Made by a program: the position numbers and the translations under genes. From contig CM022675.1 of NCBI GenBank assembly GCA_012295275.1, positions 10,602,001 to 10,666,000 on the forward strand: a stretch of DNA of 64,000 nucleotides. The letters run 5' to 3'. The notes beneath the pieces are model-generated. The model made no database searches. It was not told the DNA's origin and saw nothing but the letters and a program-made list of their open reading frames with translations. Below, in pieces: positions 31,654 through 55,919 of this stretch. The DNA comes from Chrysomallon squamiferum. Taxonomy: Eukaryota > Animalia > Mollusca. How positions within the stretch are numbered: position 1 is the first letter of the stretch; every line of letters begins with the position of its first letter.

Positions 31654-32149
31654 CAATAATAATAATAACCAAATTTTTACATTATTAGTAAATTTTAGAT
31701 TCTAATACAGTTTCATTCTAAATATTGTAAAAAAAAATTATTTGATAACTGAAACAAGTGAATCATTAATTCACATATTTGAATCATTATATATATATAT
31801 AATAAAAAATACATCTGAACTTTGAAGATCTATCTACATTGAATCCAGTAAAATACTGAATAAATCAATACTGTTCAATATAAATTGAACGGTTTCAAAC
31901 TGAAGTTATCTTTGAATCTATTACAATAATTTTTATTTGTAAGTGTTTCAGAATAGCACGTTACTCAATGTAAATATCTTGAGTATTTTCAAAGATCGCT
32001 ATTTTTGCATTAGAATTGTGGATTTTATTTTGTATACAAATGGCTTGAGGTAAATAATAATAAAATGTCTGACTCATTGTATGCATTCTTTGATTAAATT
32101 TCACATTTTACTGATAAGTTTAGGAATAATAATAATAATAATAATAATA

Positions 32150-32206
<57 letters not shown>

Positions 32207-32406
32207 GTTTTAATGATGATAATTATAATTAAAAATATATGTCATTTTATATACTGTAGTTATACATTATGAAGAAATTATATGAATCCAAGATTTTGTG
32301 TCAAAGAAAAATGACAAATAAATATATAAAATATTTAAAAAACGGGGGTAAAAAAAAACAAAAGAAACAAAGAAAAATTTCCAATACATATAAATTTCTT
32401 ACTATG

Positions 32407-32460
<54 letters not shown>

Positions 32461-32994
32461 CATCATCATCATCATTACTTATTTTAGTCTTTGAAATATT
32501 CTTATTTTTTCTTTCTTTTTTTTTTCCTTATCTAAATTAAATTTCAGATAAAAATATTAATTCACGAACTAAAAAACTAAGAAAATATTTAATTAAAACA
32601 ACATGGCTATCACCCTTATGTCTAGCGACGTAACAAAACAGCCAACGTAACAATAATTTCCTAAGCCTCGTTAGTTATTCACCAAACATCTGAACCAGCT
32701 TGACACGTTTTTAGTCACTTTCTTCACTTTTTTTTATGTTTCAATCGAAAAAAAAAAGAACAGAAACACTTGTTACACGAAAATAACGTAAGCGTTAATT
32801 AATTGGTCGTTTGTGACGGTCAATTAGCAGATAAATTAGGCAACGACTGACGACGCATTGTGACAGGAAACTCGCGAAATGCAATTGGACGCAGAAGATT
32901 ATTGAAATGCGTTGCGTGAGAAGTGTACATTTATTGTCACAATGGTTTTCCTTGTTTAAGCGTTTTAATACGCGCCGTTCCGTGACTTACAACC

Positions 32995-33034
<40 letters not shown>

Positions 33035-34895
33035 CTCGAAATCGACATAGTCGGTCAGTGTCAATTTCCGCGGGAGTGAAATTGATAAGATGTACACTGT
33101 GTAACGAAATGTACATTGCTTAGTGATAAAATAGTTGTGTTGAGGTATATTACAAGAACGGTTTTTGTTCTTTTCAAATGAGGCAGATGTTCTTCGTTTT
33201 AGATTTCAGACGACCGTATCAGACAGAAAACAAGAGAGAGAGAGAGAGAGACAGAGAGAAAAAATGTTAATGAATATTAAAATATGAAGATACTAGTATA
33301 TAAATTACGTTTTATCTGTAAAAAGGATATATTTACATACCTATGTAGTTTTGACTAATTTGAGTATTTGGGGGTTTTAAAATATGTAACTATTTCTTAA
33401 ATGTTAAGTTAATATATATATATAGTATATAAACATATAACACTTATATATATATATATTATATATATATATATATAGTATATAAACATAAAACACTTTC
33501 ATGTTTTACTATTTCGAAAAAGATAAATGAAAATACAATTTCTAAGAGCAGCTTATTTTTAAATGAACTTTTTAAAAAAAAAAAAAAAATTGCATTAATT
33601 CTAAGAGTGATAACTAATCTCAAATAAATTTTATTTATTTATTTATTTATTATGTGATGATTTATTTACTACTTTTTAACTGATTTTCTACTTGTTTATT
33701 GATTTCAATTGATGTATTTCAAAATTTCATTTATTTAATTTCGTTGTAACATTATTTTATTTCATTTTATTTCATTTCAAAATTATTTCATTTAAATTAA
33801 TTTCACCTTTCATTTATATTTCATTTAATTCTCGCTCTGGTTTTATTTAATTTTTTTTTTCCCCGTTTAAAAACCGGCATAAAAAAAAAAAAAAAAAAAC
33901 CCAAGTCTTGAATAAATTTACCATTATCTGGTCTCACAACACACCTGCTTAAACGTGTTCTGTCTTTTAACGGTATTGTGTTTAGAAATATACATGGCTT
34001 GCGTGCTTCACCTTGCGTCACGCCAAAACAAACAAACGCTGCGGAGAAACAGACAATTTGTGTGTGCCCAACCAGCGGTCACGGATGAACGAGAGCGAGG
34101 CTAAAATATCGGTGTCAGTTACACAAGCGTCACGCGCGGAAACCAGTGTCAATTGCCCCGCCATTTGAAATAAAAAAAAAAAAAAAATGCCGCTGGAATT
34201 GACTCGATAAAGACAAACCAAAGCAATTGTAACAATGGGCCATCGAGATAATGCGTCGAACAAAACAAAGTTTAGTGCCTTAGCCTAAAAGTATTCTTTT
34301 GTAAGGGAATTTTTTCTGTGTTTTTGTGTAAGAAGTGGTCTGTTGATTTCACAACACGAATGTAGTTGCGACACGTTCCTTAAAAAAAAAAAAAAAAAAT
34401 AAAAAAAAAAAAATAAAAAAAAAAGCCTCTGGGTTTTTCGTTTGAAAATTGTTCTAAACATAATTGACCTATGGAGAGAGAAAAAAAAAAGACACTTTTG
34501 TAAAAATATTTTTGCAAGCTGTTGTGAGTTTGAGAATGTTTTTATCGTCAAAGCTGTGAAAACAATGGGAGTGAAAGACGAGTTTGTTTAGTTGAAGTTA
34601 TTTTTGTTTTGTTGTCTTAGTGTAAGCGGAGGAGTTAGGGGTGTGTAGAAATAACAATCAAAAGAAAATGTATTAGAGTACTTGGTGAAAAAGAAATATC
34701 AGTTTGACTGAATGCTACCAATTAATACATTTTATTTTACCCCTTTTGTTTATTTTATCTCATATTTATTTATTATTAGTTGTATTTTTGTTGTTATTAT
34801 TATTATTATTATTTCACTATTATTATTATCGTTGGTGCTGTATTACCGTTATTCTTTTTGTTGTTAATGTTTGCTATTACTATTATTACTATTAC

Positions 34896-34947
<52 letters not shown>

Positions 34948-35287
34948 ACTTAAAAAGATAAGACAGTTACAAAATTTTCTAACACGAATTTTCCCCATTT
35001 TCATTCATTATACTTAATTTTGGAATAGAATAAAATAAAATAATTTAAAGTTAACGAACAGTGAAAAGAAAACGATTTGAGCAAAATACAAAATTTGATT
35101 GCACAGAATTTTATTTTAACAATTCTTTTTATTTTTTTTAGAAAAACAAACAGAAAATAAAATATAATATTAATAATATTGCATGACGGTATATCTGAAA
35201 TATATTTATACTTTTACTCTATTTTTAATAATAATGTTGATGATGATTATTATGATGACGACAATAATGACGATGATAATGATAATC

Positions 35288-35343
<56 letters not shown>

Positions 35344-35588
35344 TAAAAAAAGAAATAATAAGGAAATAATAAATAAATAATAAGTAAATAATAAATAAAA
35401 CATTATATAATTACGACAAGAGAGCAATAATTATTTTTACAATCTACAACTGTATAAATAAATGAAGAATAAAACAAAAATTAAAACGAAATTCGTTTTC
35501 ACTCGATATTTATATTTTTCACAAATCTTGGATTCATACAACTAACAGTCTTATATTAATTCTACTGATAGACATTTTTCATAACAAT

Positions 35589-35651
<63 letters not shown>

Positions 35652-35924
35652 TGGAGAGAAATTAAACCCCGTTGATAGTGAAACAAAACCTAAAAAATTA
35701 GACAGATCATGCAAACACGAAAACATAAAATTAAAATAAAATAGAAAAAGAATCCTGATTTAGTCTGTTTGAAAATTCAACCTCTGATTTCGCTTTCATT
35801 ATGGCCACTTACTAGTTTATAAAGAAATCTTCAGTTTAATAAAAAAATAAAAAAAAATAATAAAAAAAATAAAACAAAATAACAAAACAAATAAATTTGT
35901 CAGTTTACTATATATGTGTCAATT

Positions 35925-36230
35925 TCGTACTAAAATTTCTTCAATATCTTGTACTAAAATTTCTTCAATATATTGTACTAAAATTTCTTCAAATTCTTAT
36001 TATAAAATATTTCAAATTCTTATAATAAATTTTTTACTATTCTATTTTAGAATGTTTCAGATTATTATCTTAAATTTCTTCACTTTCCTTTTTTAAAAAA
36101 AAAAAATCCTTCAATCCTTTTCATACAAATTCATCAATTTGTTTACACGAAATTCTTCAGTTTCTTATTATAAAATTCTTGAATTTTCTGAAGAAAAAAA
36201 AAGAATTCTTCAGTTTGCTTTTATAAAAAA
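35925..36230. repeat. 24-bp tandem repeat decaying toward the Hox3 stop codon (putative 3' UTR)
   Basis: gtactaaaatttcttcaa occurs at 35927, 35951 and 35975, followed by degenerate aaattcttca/ttcttat copies. Confidence 0.7.
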
Positions 36231-36255
36231 AAAAAAAATCGTAAGTATCCTATTT

Positions 36256-36291
<36 letters not shown>

Positions 36292-36329
36292 CAATTTCTT
36301 ATTTAATTATTTCGTCTCTTTTCTTTCCC

Positions 36330-37120
36330 CTATAAATGAGTCAGTTTCGGAATATAGTCATAAGGGCCTTGGGGATACATTGAGGAGACTGAGCAGTTCA
36401 TTGGACCCGTCATGCACTGCGACTGACGTACGTCCATGGGAGATAAATCGGGATACACATTTCCCATCATCATATTGCCTTCCTGGTAGCCTCTAGACGG
36501 ATTCGTGTTTGGCATGTTGTAATGTCCAGTCTGGTGGTGATAACCTTGCATGTTCATTTGTAGGTGAGAGGACAGAGGGTGGGGCTTCCCCCCCTGGACA
36601 CCGGGACTGTCTCTCTGTGGGACAGGACTGACTTGGTTTGGCAGCTGCAACTGCCCGTGACCCTGCTGCTGAGTCTGGTGGTGCGGGGGTGGCTGAGGGG
36701 CGTGGCCCAGGGACTGTTCGCACGCGGGCGGGGAATGTGACGACTGCTGAGGGGTGATGTGAGTTTGGTTTGTTAGGTGCGGCGGCTGCGGCGGCGGCTG
36801 CGGAATCCCTCCCGACTCCGAATGACTGTCGCCGCCAGGGGGCATGTCCATCGACCCACAATTCCCTTCCGTGTCGCTTCCGGAATAACTGCCGTCCGAT
36901 TTCGAGCCGCTTTTGTCACTTCCGCCTTTGATCTTTTGCTCCTTCTTGTACTTCATGCGTCGATTCTGGAACCAGATTTTGATCTGTCGCTCAGTCAGGT
37001 TCAACAGCGCCGCCATTTCTATCCGCCGCGGCCTGCACAGGTACCGGTTGAAATGAAACTCTTTTTCCAGTTCCACCAGCTGTGCGCTCGTGTAGGCGGT
37101 CCTAGCACGCTTGGACGGTT
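36330..37120 (-). CDS. Hox3: Hox3 homeobox protein, coding exon 2 (homeodomain and P/Q/H-rich C-terminus)
   Basis: Acceptor tttctcttttatttccag| (AG at 37122-37121). The phase-1 join gives ...[67 protein letters not shown], a diagnostic PG3 homeodomain. It ends in the conserved Hox3 motif PKLTHL followed by TAG. Length 791 nt = 2 + 263 codons. Confidence 0.97.
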
Positions 37121-48239
<11,119 letters not shown>

Positions 48240-48603
48240 CTGCTAGACTCTGCCTCTGCTTCGCATTCTGGCGTGATTCTTTCATCCACGGATAAATCTC
48301 TTGCTTGGTCTGGGAGGGGCTCGGGTGCATGTTCAGCCCCTGCCCGCCGCACGACAGGCCCTGGGGCTGCATGCACGAACTGGCGTACGCCTGGTCGTAG
48401 TCTCCGACGAGGGCCGGGCAGTGTTGGTCCGGGGTGGCCGAAGTGAGGTGGTTTTGCACGGCGCAGCTGGACTGCCCGTAGTAACTTCCTGAAGTGTCCG
48501 GTGCGGTATTTCCGTAGGTGAACGAATTTTCGTATTTGAAGCCATTGTCCGTTGGGAAGTAACCGGGAAACGCAGGCATTTGATCGCAAAATGTTTTCTG
48601 CAT
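48240..48603 (-). CDS. Hox3: Hox3 homeobox protein, coding exon 1 (N-terminus with hexapeptide)
   Basis: ORF begins MQKTFCD (Hox3-type MQK start) and contains EIYPWMKESRQNAKQ, the PG3 hexapeptide context. It ends at a strong donor GCAG|gtaaga (intron GT at 48239-48238). Length 364 nt = 121 codons + 1 (phase 1). Confidence 0.93.
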
Positions 48604-48748
48604 CTTTCGAATTCCAAACTTTATTCCATTCTGCGACTCGATCGCTATACTATAGCTGATTATCCTGCGTGCATGCTTCTACTGCGACGGGTCACGTGAC
48701 TTTCCCGTAGCCAATGATCGACGCGTCGTTCCTCCTGTTTACGATACA
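48604..48748 (-). other. Probable 5' UTR portion of Hox3 exon 1, preceded by a splice acceptor (implies an upstream non-coding exon)
   Basis: On the minus strand a 22-nt T run (48772-48751) is followed directly by AG (48750-48749), then 145 nt to the ATG. Confidence 0.5.
48691..48716. promoter_or_regulatory. Palindromic E-box GTCACGTGAC (USF type) plus CCAAT box (NF-Y) about 90-110 bp upstream of the Hox3 ATG
   Basis: GTCACGTGAC at 48691-48700 and AGCCAATG with CCAAT at 48711-48715, separated by 10 bp. Confidence 0.6.
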
Positions 48749-48977
48749 CTAAAAAAAAAAAAAAAAAAAAAAGGGTTTGAGAATCACACATGTGAATTGA
48801 AACATTTTCCGGCAATGAAACTGACATCAATTATTTGTATAACCATATAAATCGCATAAATTACTTTCGGCTGACAACATTTTGTTTAAATACATTGAAT
48901 ATTCTCTACAACCATGTATTCACATCAGGTGTGTAGTTTAAGAAACCGTGCTGCGTATTTTTAATTTTTTTTTTTTT

Positions 48978-49008
<31 letters not shown>

Positions 49009-49994
49009 GTATCAAGGGACAAAATTGACTTTATAAATGCAACTGAGACGGCAGTCACTGTGCAGTATTCGAGGGAAGTTTCTGTCTCTCCCTTTTCTTT
49101 CTTTCTTTCTTTCTTTCTTTTTTTTTTTTTTTTTTTTTTTTGAACGAAGTGGATTCGCACTTCGCGTTGTTGCACTTCAAGGTTTAATAATGTGACATCC
49201 TATTGTTTGAAGTCGTGTTCGCTTTGAGGAATCGTGAAAGGTAAGAATAAAGGTTGAATAATTCGACCAGTTTCGTTTAACAATGGCTAACATAGATAGC
49301 TTATTGTTTATTGATCGATGGGTGAAAAAAAAAAATAGAATAATAGAAAAAGAAAAAGAAAATAATAATATAATTAGATTAAATAATTTTGTGTTTTGAT
49401 TTCATCTTTAGTCATTTGTTATTGTTTGTTTGTCTGATTTTTATTTATTTATTTTTATTTATTATAGTTATATTTTATTACCTTTCTCTGTCGGACTGCT
49501 TATTTAATTTCATTACTGATTTAATTAAATAATATAGTCTACGTATGTGTGTGTGTGTGCGTGTGCGTACGTGTGTGTGTGTGTGTGTGTTTTTGTATGT
49601 ATATAAATATATATGTGTATAATTAATAAATTGTGTAATAGTTTGTATCCGTTTGATAGTTTGTCTTTGCCCAGTGAAATATTATACATTTTAATCATTT
49701 TATTTCAGCTTAAACTGAATTTTTTCTTTCTGAGGTTTTGAAAGTTTCACGTTATTACTAATAAATGTTAATACATTTTCAAAACTAAGTAAAATTATTA
49801 GCATGCATATAAAATAAAAATAAAAATAAAAAATTAGAAAACGTGTAATGAGCTGTTGATAATATAAAACATTCATTATACATTTTACTACTTATATTTT
49901 AACTAATGTGATAATAATTAGTATTATTAAAATAGACGATATATTAAATACGAACTGAATTATCATATAAAACTGTAACTGATATTGTTGGGCG

Positions 49995-50056
<62 letters not shown>

Positions 50057-50369
50057 TATTATTATTATTATTATTATATTTATCAACATAATCATCATCA
50101 TAAATCAAAATAAACTATTTTTACATACGAGTATTTAAACTACAACAGCAACTACAACTACTACTATGATTTTTACTATTACCACCACCGTTTACAGATT
50201 TATGATAATTATTGATAGGGTCCCACTATTACTTGTTTATTTGTTTATTTATTTGTTTATTTGTTTATTTTATTTTCGTTTTACTTACTACACACGTTAA
50301 AATATCGAAAAGAAAAAAAATAACAAGAATTTCGTGTTCAGTGTTTATGAGAAAAAATGTCTGAATAGA

Positions 50370-50772
50370 AACCTTTTTTTGAACTAATAAACATTTTAAA
50401 TCTTGAGTTTGCTAAAATGGATATAAAAATGTACTAGAATTTTTTTTGTTTAAATAATAAGTAATTTATGTTTTGAAAGCTTAAAAAGAAGCTTTTTCAA
50501 ATGTAAATGTTTAATTTTTGGAATTATTGAATGTGCTAAAATGGTATACAGTTTTACTGAAAAGAATTTGTACAGCTAAAAAATATATATATTTTTTTTT
50601 CGAAACATTTAATGTGCTAACAAATATTCTTGTTTAAAAATTTTTAAATAAAAATATTTCATGTTTTGAAACCATGAATATGTAAACCTGCAAACAAAAA
50701 TTATTGACAAACTTTTTAAAAAGGTACATAATTCATTTTGAAACACTGAAAACTAAGAAAAAATTATAGTAA

Positions 50773-50850
<78 letters not shown>

Positions 50851-51210
50851 TCTATTTTTGAAACTTCAATTTAAAAAAAAAAAAAAAAAAAAATTCTGAA
50901 ATTGTTTTCAAACAGTAAATAATTCACATTTTTAAACCTTGAATGCTAACAATAATTTATGTAAAAAATAAATAAATAATAAAAACAATAGATAATTCAT
51001 GCTTGAAACTCTGAGTGTGCCAAAATTACTGGCAAAAGTTTTTAAAATAATAAATAATTCACGTTTGAAAATTTTAACATTAACAAAACATGTTGGTAAA
51101 TATTTTTCAAGCAATAAGTTATTCATATTTTGAAATCTTTGAAGTGTAATCCCCCCCCAAAAAAAAATTATTTCAGAAAATTAGAAGGTTTTTTAGAACA
51201 GTAAATATAT
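50370..51210. repeat. Old degenerate satellite-like repeat (about 60-70 bp unit)
   Basis: Recurring aataattca..ttttgaaac.ttgaatgtgctaa motif, about 8-10 degenerate copies. Confidence 0.5.
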
Positions 51211-51911
51211 ATATATATATATCTAGAACAAATTTCTCTTATTTCGTAACGTAGGAAATTTCTAATTCAGAAAACGTAAATAACAGCACACTGACAATAG
51301 CAGAGTAAACACATGTACGCTGTTTTCTCTGTCGTTATGGCCATTTTACAGTGTACGATTACAAAACAGCAAAACGAATGATCTATTTAACAGCCCCTCA
51401 TACAGGGAATCTTAAAGAAAATACATTTAAGAAAAACACGAGACAAGGGAAAAAAAAAAAAAAAAAAAAAAAAAAATTAAGCTATTTCCTTAAAATATGA
51501 CTCTCATACACTGACAAAAAAAAAAAAAAAAAAAAAAAAAAGTTAGGAGGGAGAAAAGAAAAAAAAAGAAACGAACTCATATACACGTAGATTTGGAAAA
51601 ATATTGAACCACCCGATTTTCTAATTATTCGCATGAGTACAGTAACAGTTGGACGCTCGCTATACAGCATATGTTTCCAAAGCGTTTGTGATTTAAATAA
51701 CAGGGAAGACTAGGTCCCAACATATGTTTCATAAAGGAGAAGCGAAGGAAAAAAAAAGTATATATATTGCCTCATAAGTCTTATTATTTCATCAAGTAAA
51801 TAACACATGAAACCATTTAACGTGCAAAGAACAAACCAATGCATATAACACATATTTTAATTAAATGTGCATGTATGTAGAAATATATATATATATATAT
51901 ATATTTTTTTT

Positions 51912-52060
51912 ACTTGCTGAAGAATTTTTATGTGTGCGATGTGGTTTTATTATTATTACACACACTCACATGCACGCACACACACAAACGCATCTACCAA
52001 TACACTTGCTGAATAATTTTTATGTGTGCGATGTAATTTTATTATTATCACACAAACACA
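51912..52060. repeat. Two-copy tandem duplication, 92-bp period
   Basis: acttgctgaa.aatttttatgtgtgcgatgt...ttattatta occurs at 51912 and 52004. Confidence 0.75.
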
Positions 52061-52827
52061 TACACATCAGCAGTATATATATATATATCAACATACCCAG
52101 ACACACGCATGCGCACACAGACACACATACACATATATACCCAGATATAATATATATATATATATAATATAATAATAATCCCGTTCTTTTAAATAAGCTA
52201 CAACAGATACATCCATATACCTGTCCCTCTACATACACAGAAGTAAACAAATAGAAATATATTCAAGAATACGAATAAATATTCAATATGTAGGCATGCA
52301 GACCAATAGACAGAGAGTTAGGTATGTAAATAGGCAGCTGACAAGATACTCCTCCTACTTGACAGTTAACAACAACGACAACAACAACAACAATATTAAT
52401 AATACTAAAACAACAAAAGCAACAATAATAATGATCCGAAGAAGAAATTTTTATTTTGTAAACGAAGTAACAGAATTTATTAAGAACTGAAAAAAGAAAT
52501 AAACGAAAAATAGAAAAATGAAAGAAATTAAATTAATCACGCGAAGCTAATATGGGTGTCTTATTTTAGCATAATTTTATAAAACCAAATCCAAAAGTAA
52601 TAAAACAAATTCGGAGACAGACAGACAGACAGAATGATTTATGCGTGTCTTAAAAAGACGGAAACTTGATCTAAATAACGTAATAAAGCCTTTATTTTTT
52701 TTATTTTTTTTTTAAAAGAAGGAGAAAATTACTACAAAATTAACACTTTCTCCCGTATTAATTTTTTTTTTTTTTTACCACTACTCGATCGCTACTCAAA
52801 ATCTTTTCGCAAGTTTTCGGCAACGAA

Positions 52828-52895
52828 GACCTCGCGTGCGCGCGATCGCTTATGAAAGTGGGCGGAGTTAACGTCAGGAAGTTCACATGACGCAA
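52828..52895. promoter_or_regulatory. Promoter-like module (NRF1-like, GC box, ETS, CRE half-sites)
   Basis: CGCGTGCGCGCG, GGGCGGAG, CAGGAAGT, ACGTCA and TGACGC within about 65 bp, roughly 4 kb upstream of the Hox3 ATG. Confidence 0.35.
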
Positions 52896-53012
52896 GAGTT
52901 AATTTCATATGCAGAGAAGCTTTTTTCAAAAGCAAATAGAAAGAAAGAATCGATTTCATATGCAGTGATGTGTTTTGTAATTTTTTTCCCCCTTCTTATT
53001 GTTGTTATTTCT

Positions 53013-53040
53013 GTTATTATTATTATTATTATTATTATTA

Positions 53041-53114
<74 letters not shown>

Positions 53115-53510
53115 ATTATAATAATAATTATTATTATTATTATTTATTCTATTTTGTTTTATTCTGTTTTATTCTATTCTATTCTATTCTATTCTATTCT
53201 ACTGTATTGATTTCTATTTCTATATTATGTTGTCATATTGTGTTGTATTGTATTATATTATTATTTATGTCGTTATACTGTGTTGTATTATATTATATTA
53301 TATTATATTATATTACATTATTATTTATATCGTTATATTGTATTATATTATATTATATTATGTTGTGTTATATTATATTATATTATATTATTATTTATCT
53401 CGTTATATTATATTGTATTATATTATATTATATTATGTTGTATTATATTATATTATATTATTATTTATCTCGTTATATATCGTATTATATTATATTATAT
53501 TTTATTTATT
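53013..53510. repeat. (ATT)n followed by (ATTCT)n/(TATTA)n pentamer array with higher-order ttattta..tcgttata inserts
   Basis: Directly visible. Confidence 0.85.
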
Positions 53511-53765
53511 TATTTTTGAACGAAAGAAAACAAAGAATGTCTCGCACTTTCTCGGACGTTCGCCGTTATCAGATTTGAAACGTTGAGGGGGAAATTCCTG
53601 TTTAAATTGGCTCACTTTGGAGAAATATTCCTTCCAATTATTCTGTTGTGTAAGAACGTGAAAATGACCCCACCATTCTCGCCCCTAAAGCTTGACCAGT
53701 GTACTTTTGCATTGGCAATTATCTAATTACGGGGTTTGTCGATTACATACGACCTCTCAGGATCG

Positions 53766-53790
53766 CTGTCAAGTCGCATATGATTGATAG
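53766..53790. promoter_or_regulatory. Meis/Prep site plus Pbx-Hox site module
   Basis: CTGTCA (53766-53771), 9-bp spacer, TGATTGATAG (53781-53790). Confidence 0.45.
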
Positions 53791-54632
53791 CCTCTAATGA
53801 TGTCCAAGATGTTCGGACACTGTAGCAAAACCAGTGGTCAGTCCGTGGTACGCAGTGGTCAGTCGAAAGAGAGGCCAGCCAAGCTCCTCTGTTGAAAAAC
53901 TAAATCTTTGTTTATGCCACCCCTTTGTTGCCTGGTATCCGCGATAACGCCTTCTTATGAATAGGCAGAACAAAACATCTGAACCCGCCCATTGTTGTTC
54001 TATATGCATCCGCGTGTTTGAAGTCCGCCGATAGATAAAAGTTTCTAACACGCCGCTGAAAAACGTGAAAAGATTTTTTTGTTTAGACGATGTATACAAC
54101 GTCTTCTGATTGAAAATTGAGAGCATAGGTGAAATTGCTGAGCCAAAAAAAAAAAAAAAAAAAAAATCCCCCCCAAAACTTTGTGATGTTTTTAAAGAGA
54201 AAGAACGAAGGGAATGATAATCACTTTAAAATATTCTATAAAGACGCTTGGATAATAGTGAAAAGGTTTCTCGGTTGTTGATAAAGTTTAGCTCAGAAAG
54301 ATAATCATTGTGTTAAATCTTACATACAAAATGAGAAAAAGAAAAGGTCGTAGGGTTCTAAAGTTAGTTTTAAAGTGCTGTAATCTGTTTTTAATGTAAG
54401 AGTATGTTTATATGTTTTTTTTCGAGTTACGTAACGAAAGGCAACATGCGATAATGACAAGAGGTTTCGTTTTATGTGTCGACAAACAGAAAAAAGAAAT
54501 GTTACGAAACTTCCAGATTGAATTTGAGAATTTTCTTATTAAATTCAGCGTCATTCTGATAAATTGTATTTATTTTCGTAACTTAAACATGAATTTACAA
54601 TAATAAAAATAAATATTAGAAACCAACATGGA

Positions 54633-54690
<58 letters not shown>

Positions 54691-54914
54691 TAGAAGACGT
54701 AGAAATATTAGAAATATTAGTAACAGTAAAAGCATTAATGGTTGTGGTAATATTAACAGTAGTAACATAAGCAGTAGTTGAAATATTAATAGTTGCAGTG
54801 GTTGTAGTATAATAGTGGAGATATTCAAGGTTGTCATACTAAAGGTAGTACATGCAGTTTAAGTAGATGAAGAAGTAAATATATTAAAAATAAACGTACA
54901 GTAGTACTACAAGT

Positions 54915-54971
<57 letters not shown>

Positions 54972-55106
54972 GTGATAGCAATAGTAATAGTAATACTATT
55001 GCTATTACCACTACTATCACTACTACTAATAATAACAACAATCGAATCAATATTAGTTTTAGTAAGATTAGCAGTCACATATACATATTTATTTACATTT
55101 TTCTTA

Positions 55107-55158
<52 letters not shown>

Positions 55159-55919
55159 CTACAATATCCTAGAATATCCCAATATAACAACTGACTTGAT
55201 CAGGCGATAAGATTTCGATCCCTGATTCTTGCATGAACACAATAATTTGTAAATAGTATCCAGTAACAAACCACACCTATAATTATATCGTCGATATGTA
55301 TCTTTATGATACAGTATAACGTACATAATTATATGCTACATATTAAGACATTTTTTGTCATGTATGTTGAAGAATATACTTAATTATATGATACGTATAG
55401 TGGTAGTATATACAGATGACAGCCGATTTTTACATAGTATATATATATATATATATAGAAGTCTGGTTATACAATAAACAGACATTTGAATTATTCAGAA
55501 GAGAATTTTATTTTTATGAATTAATATATAGCACATGGTACTTAACGAAAGTGCATACGTATCAAATAATGTATTTGTAATATACTGACATACATATATT
55601 AATGCATACAAATATATACGTACGTAGATATACACTCTCACGCGCACATAAATACGTGCACATAAACGCACACATGCCTAGATAACGCACTAATATAGGC
55701 ATATCGACGCATACAGGTATATTTATATATAATATTCTGTGTATGCAACATACACAAACATAATATGATGAATTATGCTAAAGAGAGAACTGTATTTCAA
55801 CAAGTCAGTGACAGGTCATTTGTCAAAAGCTCAGCAAGCATGCGCCATCCAAGCAGGATGCATATTTTTATTGACAATAAACATTGCGAATCCTTAATAT
55901 AAACTCTACATGTCAATTT

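Noticed and set aside
49994-50078. (AAT)n/(ATT)n inverted junctions forming long perfect hairpins
   Set aside because: This is a generic by-product of SSR expansion that recurs in several places, not a specific RNA structure.
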